This document shows positions 1-9,817 of a DNA stretch of 64,000 bases, in pieces; positions within the stretch are counted from its first letter, which is position 1; each line of letters starts with the position of its first letter. Source of the stretch: a virus. The DNA is taken from IMG/VR virus record IMGVR_UViG_3300021256_000097. One strand, written 5' to 3'. The notes beneath the pieces are model-generated. The model saw only the letters and a list, made by a program, of their open reading frames with translations, had not been told where the DNA came from and did not search any database. A program made the position numbers and the translations under genes.

Positions 1-138
1 CATTAATTAATATAACTACAACTGCAGAAAATTCACATTTAAAACATAACATATCAGTGTAGCGACAGAGCTTGCTCTGGAGCGGAACATAACATGTTTC
101 GCAGAAACTGGTATGTTTATAAAAAAATGTATTTTTAA

Positions 139-233
139 AATGTTTCAAAAAAAATGGTTAATTAGCTATATTAATTAATATATATTAATTAATATATACA
201 TACTAAGTAACCATTTTTTTTGAAACATTTAAA
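139..233. repeat. Perfect 22-bp inverted repeat (aatgtttcaaaaaaaatggtta / taaccattttttttgaaacatt). It flanks a tandem tattaattaatatata x2 spacer. A third half-site lies at about 259-277.
   Basis: Read directly from the sequence: the two arms are exact reverse complements. The site is AT-rich and lies upstream of tdk. Confidence 0.7.
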
Positions 234-340
234 TTAATATATTTTTTTATAAAAAAGCCATATTTTTTGAAACATGTTACAGTTTGGCTTTTGTTTTGCT
301 TTTTATATAAAGGTACTATATTACATGTTATTATATAAAT

Positions 341-898
341 ATGATAACATTGATATGTGGACCTATGTTTAGTGGTAAAAGTACTGAGTTAATCAGACAA
401 CTTGAACGTAAACATATTGCAGGCAAAAAAGTTCTTTATATACGACCTAATAAAGACTCTCGTAACTTTGTTGCAAGAGGCTATAAGGGAGACTTGAAAA
501 AACTGGCAAGTCTTGAGTATGTAAATGACTTCAGTAAAAACCATGATAAGTTGGTTGAGTGGATATCTGAGTATGATGCTATTTTTGTAGATGAATACTT
601 TATGATTGAAAACTGTGATCTATTATGTAAGGTTTTACCTGAAGAAGATCATAAGTGTGATATATACTTTGGTGGACTGCTTGCAACCGCAGAAAATGTT
701 ACTTGGCCCGAGGCAGTCAAAATATTGCCATATTGTGATGAAATCATCAAATTGAACGCAGTCTGTACAAATTGTGGTTCAGAACATGGTAATTATTCTC
801 TCTTTAAGGGGGAGAAGAAAGAAGCACTTGTTATAGGCGACAATACTTATATGGCCGTTTGTAGAAAGTGTTATGGCTTGCTTAAAGGACATTTATAA
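341..898 (+). CDS. tdk: Thymidine kinase
   Basis: ICGPMFSGKSTELIR P-loop typical of TK. C-terminal CTNCG...CRKC zinc ribbon. Confidence 0.9.
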   Translation: MITLICGPMFSGKSTELIRQLERKHIAGKKVLYIRPNKDSRNFVARGYKGDLKKLASLEYVNDFSKNHDKLVEWISEYDAIFVDEYFMIENCDLLCKVLPEEDHKCDIYFGGLLATAENVTWPEAVKILPYCDEIIKLNAVCTNCGSEHGNYSLFKGEKKEALVIGDNTYMAVCRKCYGLLKGHL

Positions 899-955
899 AC
901 CTATACTTGTTGGATTTTGTCCACATATTATTATATATGTGAGGACAAATATTTT

Positions 956-1186
956 ATGAATATTGTTTTATCTAAGAAGGATACGGATTATATTCGTAGC
1001 TTAGTTCCGAACAATATGGTAAGTCTCGTTAATCGTAGAATGCCTATTGGAGATGCTGATGTTGTACGACAGTATCTTGAAGGAGCATCCATCGAGAACG
1101 CCACAATCAACATTTTGTTGTATGGTAGCAAACTCGCCAAAAAAGTAAATTTTTATAATAGTCTTATCGGAGGACAACACAGATGA
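956..1186 (+). CDS. Hypothetical protein. The likely start is M14 of the track ORF 917..1186.
   Basis: GAGGA RBS lies ahead of ATG at 956. Its stop overlaps the start of the next gene. Confidence 0.4.
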   Translation: MNIVLSKKDTDYIRSLVPNNMVSLVNRRMPIGDADVVRQYLEGASIENATINILLYGSKLAKKVNFYNSLIGGQHR

Positions 1187-1818
1187 AAATCGGACAGTTT
1201 TTCCATCATCTCAAGAGAAAGGCAGAATCAGGCCTCGACAAACTCATTGACGCAGAGACACGCGTAAACACAGCTCTTCAGGACACAATGGAGAACCTTA
1301 ATAAGCAGGCAGAGAATGCTAAGAAACTTGAAGCTTCCCGCTTGGAATTTAAGGCTAACATGAAGAAGATTGAAAACGAGACAACTCGTTACAAGACAAA
1401 TTGTGAAGTCCTCAAGAATAAGGGTGTCGCTAAAGAGTCTGAGGAATTCCAGATTGCTGGTATGCAGTATATCGAGCATAAAAAGATGCTTGAAGACCTT
1501 AAGAGCCAGGAAAAGCAGATTGATGAAACTTGGGAGCGCGTTCAGAAAGCACTCAAGACTCTCAATTTGAATAAGAGCCTTCTCAATGCCAAGGCAGAAA
1601 TGCTCAAAACAAAGATCAACATGTACAAAGTTATGGAAAATATCACAGACTCAGGTATTGTTGATATCAACACAACATTTGCAGAAGTTGATGAAATGGT
1701 TAACAAGATGCAGTTCCAGAATGAGGCAAGCCGCACAGTTGACAACATTGTTAACGGCCGCGACACATCAAACGCTATGAAAATGGCAGAAGTTGATGAC
1801 CTCTTCGACTCGCTCTAA
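1183..1818 (+). CDS. PspA/IM30 (Vipp1)-like coiled-coil protein
   Basis: About 210 aa of all-helical heptad sequence. An N-terminal DKLIDAE...ALQD segment resembles the PspA N-terminal helix. A GGAGGA RBS is present. A terminator follows at 1852-1880. Confidence 0.45.
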   Translation: MKIGQFFHHLKRKAESGLDKLIDAETRVNTALQDTMENLNKQAENAKKLEASRLEFKANMKKIENETTRYKTNCEVLKNKGVAKESEEFQIAGMQYIEHKKMLEDLKSQEKQIDETWERVQKALKTLNLNKSLLNAKAEMLKTKINMYKVMENITDSGIVDINTTFAEVDEMVNKMQFQNEASRTVDNIVNGRDTSNAMKMAEVDDLFDSL

Positions 1819-1851
1819 TAAGCCAATAAAAGCAAACTAAGCTTTGTTATA

Positions 1852-1880
1852 AGACCCAGTATTTTGCTGGGTCTTTTTTA
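1852..1880 (+). terminator. Intrinsic terminator
   Basis: agacccag...ctgggtc hairpin followed by a T-run. Confidence 0.6.
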
Positions 1881-1972
1881 TACTTTAGTGAAGTTTTTAA
1901 CATATTATTTATATACATTTTATTATAAAAATATTTTAAAGTACAAATATTAAAATTTGTATTGGAGGAAAA

Positions 1973-4663
1973 ATGACAGGACTTACATCTAGTCAGGTTG
2001 AAGCTTCTCGTGCAAAACATGGAAGCAACGTTATTCCAGATTCAGAACCAACAACATTCTGGGCTGAATTTAAGGAAGCACTTGGTGATCCAATGATTAA
2101 GATTCTTATGGCAATTGCCGCTCTTATGATTGGATTGTTCGTAATTGGCGACAATTGTCTTCATCTTGTAAAAGGTATTGATCAGACATTGTTTGAACCA
2201 CTTGGTACTTTGATTGCCGTATTCTTGGTAGCAACAATCTCTGCTAAGACAGCTGTTGGTAGCGACCAGAAGTATCGCGACCTTAAATCACGTTCTGAAA
2301 AGGACAAGGTAAAGGTTCTTCGTGATGGTAAAGTTCAGGTAATTGATGCTGATGACATTGTAGTTGACGATATTGTGCTGCTTCAGTCTGGCGATAAGAT
2401 TCCAGCTGATGGTACTCTTATTGAAGGTAAGCTTAAGGTAAATAACGCAGCTTTGAATGGTGAGACAGAAGAAGCTAAAAAGACTGGCGATGAAAAGTCA
2501 CATATTCCTGAAAATCTTACTGGTGATACATTCGTTGATAAGTCATCACTTTTCCGTGGCGCAATTGTAACAGATGGGGAAGGTTACTTCCGTGTTGAAG
2601 CAGTTGGTCTTGCTACTATGATGGGTAAAATGGCTGAAGAGATGAATGGTGAACAAGTTGATTCACCACTTAAGGTTAAGCTCTCTAAGCTTGCTAACCA
2701 GATTTCAGTATTTGGCTATATTTCAGCTGTTGCAATTGTAGTTCTTTACCTTGTTATGGGTATTGTACATGCTGGTGGTTTTGCTCCATTCTTTACCAAC
2801 TGGCAGGGACTTGTTCATACTATCGTACAAGCCGCAAACCTTGCAATTTTGATTATTGTTTGTGCTGTTCCAGAGGGACTTCCATTGATGATTTCTTTGG
2901 TACTCATGCAGAATACATCTAAGATGCTTGACCATAATGTATTGGTTCGTAAAGCTCAGGGTATTGAAACAGCTGGTTCTTTGAACATTTTGTTCTCTGA
3001 TAAAACTGGTACAATTACAAAAGGACATCTTGAAGTAGTTGAACTTTTTGATGGCGCTGGTAAAGCAACAAAGCCTGCTGAAGCATTCCTTGAATGTGTT
3101 ACAAAGAATACACAGGCTATTATCGAAGGCGACAAAGTAATTGGTGGTAATATGACTGACCAGGCTTTGATGCGCTATGTACTTGAAAACAAGCTTACAG
3201 CCCCTGAAGTTTCTATTGTTAAAGAACAGGGATTCAACTCAGCTAACAAGTTTAGCCAGGCGCAGCTTTCAGATAAAAAGCTTGTATATAAGGGTGCTCC
3301 TGAACGTCTTCTTCCAAACTGTACAAAGTATCTTGATGCAGATGGAAATCTTCAGGATTTCGATGTTAAGCAGCTTGAGCCAAAGATTGACGAAATGGCA
3401 AATAAAGCTATGCGTATGCTCGCATTCGCTTACAAAGCTGACGCAACACTTAAAGAAGATAAAGTACAGGAAGAACTTGTACTTGTAGGTATTGCAGCTA
3501 TTCGTGATGATGTTCGTCCTGAAGCTCGTGATGCTATTGCTGAAGTAAATCGTGCTGGTATCCAGGTTGTAATGATTACTGGTGACCGTCTTGAGACAGC
3601 TGTTGCAATCGCAAAAGATGCTAATCTTCTTGATGAATCTGCAACAATCTTGACTGAAGAAAACAAAGATGAAATGCTTAAGCGTTACAAGGATACTGAA
3701 ACATCAACTGACCGTAAGGGTATCGCAGTTTCTTCTGCAATGCTTAGTACACTTTCAGATGATGAAATCAAGATTCTTGTATCTGGTATCCGTGTAATTG
3801 CGCGTGCTCTCCCAACAGATAAATCTCGTATGGTTCGTATCTGCCAGGAAATGGGACTTGTATGTGGTATGACAGGTGATGGTGTAAACGATTCTCCAGC
3901 TCTTAAAGCTGCTGATGTTGGTTTCGCTATGGGTTCTGGTACAGAAGCTGCAAAGGAAGCTGGCGATTTGGTTATCATTGATGATAACTTTAAGTCAATC
4001 AAAGACGCAATCTTGTTTGGTCGTACAATCTACCACAACATCTTGAAGTTTGTAAGATTCCAGCTTAGTATGAACGTACTTGCAGTACTTGCAACATTGT
4101 TAAGCCCTATCCTTGGTTTCAATGCGCCACTTACAGTTGTAATGTTGCTCTTTGTAAACCTCTGTTGTGATTCATTGGCATCACTTATGTTTGGTCCTGA
4201 ACCAGCTCTTGAAAAGTATATGGATGAAAAGCCACGTAGACGTACAGAATCTATCGTTAGTGGTAAGATGCTTACAAATATCGTTCTTACATCCGTATGG
4301 CTTGCTGCTGTAGGATTTGTAATGATGGCACGTAATGCTGGTACATTGTCAGTATATCAGATGCAGGCTATGTATTTTGTATTCTATATCTGGGGATCAT
4401 TGTTCAATGGATTCCAGTGTCGTTCAGATGGATTTGATATCTTCACTGGTATCAAAGAAAATAAGAACTTCATTAAGATTCCTTTGATTATTGTTGCTGC
4501 TCAGGCTGCAATCGTATGTATTGGTCTTATCCCAGCACTTGCTCCTGTAGGACTTGTATTTGGATGTGAACCAATTGCTGCTAATCTCTGGATTGAAGCA
4601 ATTGTTCTTGGTTTGACTGTACTTCCTATCGGCTGTATCACAAAGATTGGCCGTAAGCGCTAA
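1973..4663 (+). CDS. P-type cation-transporting ATPase (P2-type, Ca2+/Mg2+-like)
   Basis: DKTGTIT phosphorylation motif, MITGD, GDGVNDSPALKAADVGFAMG, and multiple TM segments. 896 aa. Confidence 0.9.
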   Translation: MTGLTSSQVEASRAKHGSNVIPDSEPTTFWAEFKEALGDPMIKILMAIAALMIGLFVIGDNCLHLVKGIDQTLFEPLGTLIAVFLVATISAKTAVGSDQKYRDLKSRSEKDKVKVLRDGKVQVIDADDIVVDDIVLLQSGDKIPADGTLIEGKLKVNNAALNGETEEAKKTGDEKSHIPENLTGDTFVDKSSLFRGAIVTDGEGYFRVEAVGLATMMGKMAEEMNGEQVDSPLKVKLSKLANQISVFGYISAVAIVVLYLVMGIVHAGGFAPFFTNWQGLVHTIVQAANLAILIIVCAVPEGLPLMISLVLMQNTSKMLDHNVLVRKAQGIETAGSLNILFSDKTGTITKGHLEVVELFDGAGKATKPAEAFLECVTKNTQAIIEGDKVIGGNMTDQALMRYVLENKLTAPEVSIVKEQGFNSANKFSQAQLSDKKLVYKGAPERLLPNCTKYLDADGNLQDFDVKQLEPKIDEMANKAMRMLAFAYKADATLKEDKVQEELVLVGIAAIRDDVRPEARDAIAEVNRAGIQVVMITGDRLETAVAIAKDANLLDESATILTEENKDEMLKRYKDTETSTDRKGIAVSSAMLSTLSDDEIKILVSGIRVIARALPTDKSRMVRICQEMGLVCGMTGDGVNDSPALKAADVGFAMGSGTEAAKEAGDLVIIDDNFKSIKDAILFGRTIYHNILKFVRFQLSMNVLAVLATLLSPILGFNAPLTVVMLLFVNLCCDSLASLMFGPEPALEKYMDEKPRRRTESIVSGKMLTNIVLTSVWLAAVGFVMMARNAGTLSVYQMQAMYFVFYIWGSLFNGFQCRSDGFDIFTGIKENKNFIKIPLIIVAAQAAIVCIGLIPALAPVGLVFGCEPIAANLWIEAIVLGLTVLPIGCITKIGRKR

Positions 4664-4685
4664 GTTAAAGGCTAAGTAAAATAAA

Positions 4686-4721
4686 AAGCCAGTTTGAGAA
4701 ATCAGACTGGCTATTTTTTTG
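4686..4721 (+). terminator. Intrinsic terminator
   Basis: gccagtttgagaaatcagactggc hairpin plus a T-run. Confidence 0.6.
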
Positions 4722-4926
4722 GATATATTATGTTTTGGTTTACACAAGTATTAATCTTTATTGGTGGGATTACATTATTATTCTCAGTAAAAGTCAGTAA
4801 ACCTGAAGATTTAATCAGTACTTTAATTGTAGGCCTCTATTATTTCTTTGTTACTGTGCTTATACTCGAACCCGTACTAGCATTTATACTTATAAAGACT
4901 AAAATAATTTATCTATTTTTATAAAT

Positions 4927-4960
4927 AAAAAAACTCCCAAATTAGGGAGCTTTATTTTTT
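4927..4960. terminator. Bidirectional terminator between the + block and the - block
   Basis: aaaaaactccc aaatta gggag ttt...ttttt. Confidence 0.55.
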
Positions 4961-5648
4961 AGATTGTATCATCACCACGCCGCATATCAACACTTATTGA
5001 TGATCCCATCATTTGAGCATTGACATTCTTAGAAAGCTGTCCAAGAATAAATGCGTAGTTTTCCCAACCCTTAAGAAGGCGTTCTACTGTAGAACGTTGG
5101 CCTTCCGCTTTTATTGTTTCCGCTTTAAGTTTAGCAGCTTCCTTTCTGTAGATCTTAAACAATGTTGCATCAATCTCTTTTGATGAAAGCCACTGTGCAG
5201 TTTTTACATCTTTTGTATTATAGGTATTTCTGATTTCCATATACTTATCATAATACCATTCATTATACTTTTCCTTAGCTACTTCAGCATCAAATCGAGC
5301 TTGTTCATACAAAGCTGTAAGAGCAAATAGGGTTGGCTCATAAGTAGAAAGCGCAACATCAAGCTCATAAAGTGTAATATTACCACTATTAAATGATACT
5401 TTACTGTTCATACGCTGAATTTGCTTATCAACATATGCAAGAAGCTCTTCACCCGCCTTAGTAGTTTCACGCTCAATATCAGAATCAGTTTCTGCAAATG
5501 CTGTCCAAGGATTTGGTTCTGGAGCAGCTTGATTTGTAGTTACAGTAGCTGTTTGCATATTATCAAAGTTTATATTTGTAGCTGTTACTGGCTGCTCAAC
5601 CGTAATAGGCGTGCGAGTTGCACGAGTAGCTCTAATTTGTTCACCCAT
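4959..5648 (-). CDS. Hypothetical protein
   Basis: Long ORF with a compatible codon pattern. It belongs to a minus-strand operon. Confidence 0.5.
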   Translation of the reverse strand: MGEQIRATRATRTPITVEQPVTATNINFDNMQTATVTTNQAAPEPNPWTAFAETDSDIERETTKAGEELLAYVDKQIQRMNSKVSFNSGNITLYELDVALSTYEPTLFALTALYEQARFDAEVAKEKYNEWYYDKYMEIRNTYNTKDVKTAQWLSSKEIDATLFKIYRKEAAKLKAETIKAEGQRSTVERLLKGWENYAFILGQLSKNVNAQMMGSSISVDMRRGDDTI

Positions 5649-6132
5649 TTTTTGCCTCGTTATTCATAATACTATTTACTAAATCCAAATATTGGCCTTT
5701 AACGCCATTATACAATGCTTCAGTACCAGAATAAGGATTATCTATCATTCCAAAGCCACCAAGGTCTTTTATTTTATTTACACAAAGTCTGTCACGTTGT
5801 GGCTTTTCTTTTATCTCTGTTAAAGTTTTTCTTTCTCTATCATAGAAGAATGGAACACCCAACTCGCGACAAGCATTGCTTAGCCTATCAGCCTCGTCCT
5901 TACCACAAGTATCTTTTATTTTTTGGTAGAACTCCTCAAAGGCATACCATGTATGATACTCACCCTGGTCAATATATACCTCAACCATTCTAGTTTGTGT
6001 ATTAGGGATAAAAAGCAGGAACATAAACTGTCCCATAGCTTCTTCTGTTCTCTGATATATTTCATCTTGAGCTTCAGCAAACTCTTCTTTTTCTTTATCA
6101 GTCATATAGTAATGGACTCCAAGATGAATCAT
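5641..6132 (-). CDS. Hypothetical protein
   Basis: ORF in the minus-strand operon. It overlaps the neighbouring start and stop codons. Confidence 0.5.
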   Translation of the reverse strand: MIHLGVHYYMTDKEKEEFAEAQDEIYQRTEEAMGQFMFLLFIPNTQTRMVEVYIDQGEYHTWYAFEEFYQKIKDTCGKDEADRLSNACRELGVPFFYDRERKTLTEIKEKPQRDRLCVNKIKDLGGFGMIDNPYSGTEALYNGVKGQYLDLVNSIMNNEAKNG

Positions 6133-6730
6133 GTAATGTATCCATCATAGTTTTAATATTAGCATCTCCCTCTTCTAGAAGGCGGTTAGCTACCAATTGT
6201 GCGTCTCTATTAAGCATCTCAGCGTATTCAATAGCTTTAGTAAGCATTGGGGTTGCACCACAAAGAGACTTAATTTTTCCTGTTAGAGAATCCTTAAAAA
6301 ACTTTGTTTTAGATTGCTTATAATAGTAAAAGGGCATTCCTGGACGAGCAGTAACTGGTCTATGCTGCCGCATTGTTTCATCTGATAAAAATTGCGATAA
6401 TCCAGTACTATTTCCAGCTGAACATCTTTCCAAATAGAATGTAGGCGTTGTACCTTGATGAATAAGATAAGGCGCAGCTAATAATCCGAAATAGAATAAG
6501 TTAAAGTTATCTCTATATAAAAAATCAACTTCTTTTTCGCCTACAAGCTGCAACTCTTGGCCAAATGTTTGAAGGTAGACTTCTCTAAAGTCAGGATTCA
6601 TTGCATACAAGTAGTGGCCATTTAATAATATTTGGTCAACTGCATATTGTTCATTAATAGTTTTATATGTAAATCTATTAGGTGTTACTTCCTCAAATGG
6701 AGTAAGACACCATTCCTTATTTAATATCAT
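6098..6730 (-). CDS. Hypothetical protein
   Basis: ORF in the minus-strand operon. Confidence 0.5.
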   Translation of the reverse strand: MILNKEWCLTPFEEVTPNRFTYKTINEQYAVDQILLNGHYLYAMNPDFREVYLQTFGQELQLVGEKEVDFLYRDNFNLFYFGLLAAPYLIHQGTTPTFYLERCSAGNSTGLSQFLSDETMRQHRPVTARPGMPFYYYKQSKTKFFKDSLTGKIKSLCGATPMLTKAIEYAEMLNRDAQLVANRLLEEGDANIKTMMDTLHDSSWSPLLYD

Positions 6731-7791
6731 TTTGTACCTTCTCTTAAATTAAACTTAAGACCACGCGCTTGCCTAAATCCCATGTCATAAGAACATTTAC
6801 AGCCGGGGAATCCGGTAGTTTCATCTGGTATTGCTCCCAAATATGGACAATAAGAACAAGAAAACTTTGTATAAGTACCAAGATTTGGAATATCAATAGT
6901 TGACCATGGTAATGAATCTGCTTCACGAACTACGGAAATATTATGCTTAATTACTTCATCAACATCTTCTGGTTTATAGTTAACACGTTTTACAGATGCT
7001 AACATATTATCATAATCATTATTATGTTTTTGATCTGAGAATGGGAAGAAAATAAAACAATCTATATTTTCATAGATTTGCTGGCTATTCCAACCTTGTG
7101 TCTGACCAACCATATAAGCATAAAGTACAATCTGTTTCTTATAAGATGCTGCTGAGCTACTTTTAGGACTTTTGTAGTCAAATATGATTACGTGCTCAAG
7201 TGACCCGTCAGGTTTATATTTATAAAGTGACAAGTCAAGGTTTCCTGTATAGAGATGATTATCAATATTTGACTTAAAAGTAAACTCTTTACGGGTTACA
7301 TATCCCTCAGCCTCTTTCTTTGTTACATATTCCGGCCAAAATAGCATAAAACGTCTGAAAGCTTCATCTTCTGAATATTTTGTTCTATCAACCTTATGCT
7401 CAAGAATCTTATCTTCAAGAATCTGTTGCATTTCTTCCATTGTCTTGCCAGATTCCATTTGTTCGGCCATTTCGTGGAAACAAGAACCTTTATGCGCTGC
7501 TTCAGTATTAGCTTCCTGATTAGGATCAAAAGGGCGTACATAACGATAATAATACTTAAGCATACACGCATCAAATGTAGAAATACGGCTATAACTCCAT
7601 TTAGGCGCAACTGTTATAAGGCCATCTTTTACCATAATCCAGTCGCCATCAGTGAGATGCTTTTTAATTTTATCTTTATTTTCCTTATCAAGGGGCAATT
7701 CAATATATGCATCACCTTTTACTACCCAATAGTCACCTTCATGTCCTACGGGTAATGGGTCTGTAACTTTCCAATCATTTATATATTGCAT
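6727..7791 (-). CDS. PD-(D/E)XK nuclease, Cas4/RecB-like with a C-terminal Cys cluster
   Basis: IIFDYKS (D/ExK), QIVLY (QxxxY), and C-terminal CSYCPY...CKC, which could be Fe-S cysteines. Confidence 0.55.
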   Translation of the reverse strand: MQYINDWKVTDPLPVGHEGDYWVVKGDAYIELPLDKENKDKIKKHLTDGDWIMVKDGLITVAPKWSYSRISTFDACMLKYYYRYVRPFDPNQEANTEAAHKGSCFHEMAEQMESGKTMEEMQQILEDKILEHKVDRTKYSEDEAFRRFMLFWPEYVTKKEAEGYVTRKEFTFKSNIDNHLYTGNLDLSLYKYKPDGSLEHVIIFDYKSPKSSSAASYKKQIVLYAYMVGQTQGWNSQQIYENIDCFIFFPFSDQKHNNDYDNMLASVKRVNYKPEDVDEVIKHNISVVREADSLPWSTIDIPNLGTYTKFSCSYCPYLGAIPDETTGFPGCKCSYDMGFRQARGLKFNLREGTK

Positions 7792-7802
7792 AGTAAAATC
7801 CT

Positions 7803-8111
7803 TTAATTAAAATAAACTTCTGAAATATCATCTTCTCCACTTAATATAGGCCCTTCTAAGGTTATACTATCAGAAGTTTCTATCTTATTCCATGCGTCCC
7901 CAAAATATATAAGAGTCGATCCACGGTCAAATTTAGAGTTTCCATTTGATACAACGCAGTAGTCACCCTCATTTGCTGATAAGGGTAAACTATTAGCATC
8001 ATATGTCCCAGTAAAATAGAGACCACTACGTGTATTAGAGATAGAGGAAGAAGTACATACTTCGTGTTCAATAACACTGAACGGAGCTTTATGTGCCATA
8101 TCACAAAGCAC
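7803..8111 (-). CDS. Hypothetical protein
   Basis: ORF in the minus-strand operon. Confidence 0.4.
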   Translation of the reverse strand: MLCDMAHKAPFSVIEHEVCTSSSISNTRSGLYFTGTYDANSLPLSANEGDYCVVSNGNSKFDRGSTLIYFGDAWNKIETSDSITLEGPILSGEDDISEVYFN

Positions 8112-8436
8112 CTTGGCCTTTATTTACATACGGACTGATTGGTGTATTTTCAATATCATTATCCGATATTTTTCTACCAGCAGCTTCATTTAATGCAACA
8201 AGAAGTTTAATAGCATTATCATTTTCAGTAGTTGTCTTAAATGCATCACCATTTTTAGGAAATCTTACATCACCAACTGAGCCACAAACTGTACAATAAT
8301 AATTAAATATATGAGGCTTTTCACATACAGTAGAAATAAAAGTTGCGCAGCCACATTTACATGTGCCGATCAGCTTCATTCCATTAGCCATTTTTTCTTC
8401 TAAATGTTTTAATTTTATTTGTTGTTTTCTATTCAT
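8101..8436 (-). CDS. Zinc-ribbon protein
   Basis: CKCGC...CTVCGS cysteine pairs. It is the first gene of the minus operon. An ATGTTATTATAT promoter variant lies upstream. Confidence 0.45.
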   Translation of the reverse strand: MNRKQQIKLKHLEEKMANGMKLIGTCKCGCATFISTVCEKPHIFNYYCTVCGSVGDVRFPKNGDAFKTTTENDNAIKLLVALNEAAGRKISDNDIENTPISPYVNKGQGAL

Positions 8437-8507
8437 ATTAAATATAATAACATTTTTAGAAAAATAATACCTAACTGTAGAATTTTTGTACTAATTGCAA
8501 ATTGACG

Positions 8508-8517
8508 ACATATTATA
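8508..8517 (+). promoter_or_regulatory. Conserved phage promoter core ACATATTATA. The upstream element is TGTACT-N15.
   Basis: One instance of a motif seen more than 35 times directly upstream of an RBS and start codon. Confidence 0.6.
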
Positions 8518-8620
8518 AAAGCGAAACGTGGGTTTCGAAGGTAAGATATGTTTTTTTGGGATTGCTAATTCTAAGATTACATATTTTATATGTAAACTTT
8601 TATAATTAAGGAGCTTTATT

Positions 8621-8797
8621 ATGAATATGATTATCAAATGGATTTTAACAGTAGTTTCAATTATTTTAATTGCTGCTGGTATTGGACTTTTTCTTTTAGG
8701 AAAAGCTGTTATTGACTTCTGTGGTGGCTGGATGGACTTTGTAAGCATGGCATTAGGTATTAGCATGCTTATCTTTGCTTGGACAAAGGATAATTAA
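8621..8797 (+). CDS. Small membrane protein (58 aa), not in the ORF track
   Basis: AGGAG RBS and a hydrophobic MNMIIKWILTVVSIILIAAGIGLFLLG sequence. Confidence 0.35.
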   Translation: MNMIIKWILTVVSIILIAAGIGLFLLGKAVIDFCGGWMDFVSMALGISMLIFAWTKDN

Positions 8798-8821
8798 TTT
8801 TTTAGATAGGAGGTTAGCAAT

Positions 8822-9349
8822 ATGGTATTAGTTGAAGTAGATAAAAGAATTAGTACAGCAGTTGTTTTCAAAGATAACACTATTTTAACACGTATTGCTT
8901 TTTTTGAAAGTAACGGCCGTATCGCTGGTAAATCATATGATACTGGCACAAGTACTGGAAATAAGGTTAGATTCAGAACAATTGATGAAGCCAGAAATTG
9001 GGTTCATGAGATTGCTCCTGAAAATGCAGAGTTTGCTGCTAATAAACAGTTTAGTGAAGACCACTATGATAATATTGGAAAAAATCGTAGAGATTTTGAA
9101 GAAATGTGGGGTATTCATAATGAGCCAAAGGATATGGTTCGTTTGTTAAACGGTAGCGAAACATATTTTGACAGATGTGTTGGCTATTGTGCTCACCACA
9201 AAAATTATCTTACTAAGCAGCAGCTACAAACAAAAAAGTGCTTGCAGAAAGAATGCAATCGTTTGATTAAAATTGAGTGTAATTTCTGGAAAGAACGCGA
9301 TGCTAAACAGGTTGAGAAGCGACTTAAAAAAGCTTTGGAGGTAATGTAA
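8822..9349 (+). CDS. Hypothetical protein
   Basis: GGAGG RBS. Confidence 0.5.
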   Translation: MVLVEVDKRISTAVVFKDNTILTRIAFFESNGRIAGKSYDTGTSTGNKVRFRTIDEARNWVHEIAPENAEFAANKQFSEDHYDNIGKNRRDFEEMWGIHNEPKDMVRLLNGSETYFDRCVGYCAHHKNYLTKQQLQTKKCLQKECNRLIKIECNFWKERDAKQVEKRLKKALEVM

Positions 9350-9751
9350 TTGCAATCCTTTGAGGTGCAGAAAGATACAATTCAATTTTTTTATGAGATT
9401 GATAAATATTGGCAAGACCATATAAAAGAAAAACAAAATAAAATAATTAAAAAACTTAAACCTCTCTATAAAGGAATCACAGGTCATATGATCTCTCCTA
9501 GTAGAGAGGCATTTCTATATAGAAAACTAGATCGTCTCCTATCATATAAACTTGTAAAAAGCACAATGTCTAAAGAAGATTTCGTAGAGTACATCTTAAC
9601 TAAAGGCGAATTTTTTAATGGCTTTTATAATGCTTTATGTGATTATTATTTTAAGCGTTTAAACGGAGATGATATTAAAGCAATCCATGAGACATATAAA
9701 GATGTAAAGTTTGATTTATTGGAAGATACATATAATAAATGTGTTAAATAA
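9350..9751 (+). CDS. Hypothetical protein (TTG start)
   Basis: GGAGG lies 10 nt upstream of TTG. Confidence 0.4.
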   Translation: MQSFEVQKDTIQFFYEIDKYWQDHIKEKQNKIIKKLKPLYKGITGHMISPSREAFLYRKLDRLLSYKLVKSTMSKEDFVEYILTKGEFFNGFYNALCDYYFKRLNGDDIKAIHETYKDVKFDLLEDTYNKCVK

Positions 9752-9817
9752 TCCATAAATTGGGATTCTACAATTGCTAATATATGCTTATCAATTAAAT
9801 TATTGGAGAAGCATAAT

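Noticed and set aside
1228-4747. Numerous 60-110-aa ORFs in the track lying antisense to or inside longer genes (for example 1228-1479, 2723-3028, 3430-3666, 3685-4002, 4424-4747)
   Set aside because: These are shadow ORFs within the PspA-like and P-type ATPase genes. They have no RBS and their composition is low-complexity.
1-4950. The first 5 kb (tdk, pspA-like, P-type ATPase) being bacterial chromosome flanking a prophage
   Set aside because: The base composition, the strong-SD usage, the promoter variants (ACATGTTATTATATAAATATG upstream of tdk) and the terminator style are the same as in the rest of the window. No integrase or att-like direct repeats were seen.
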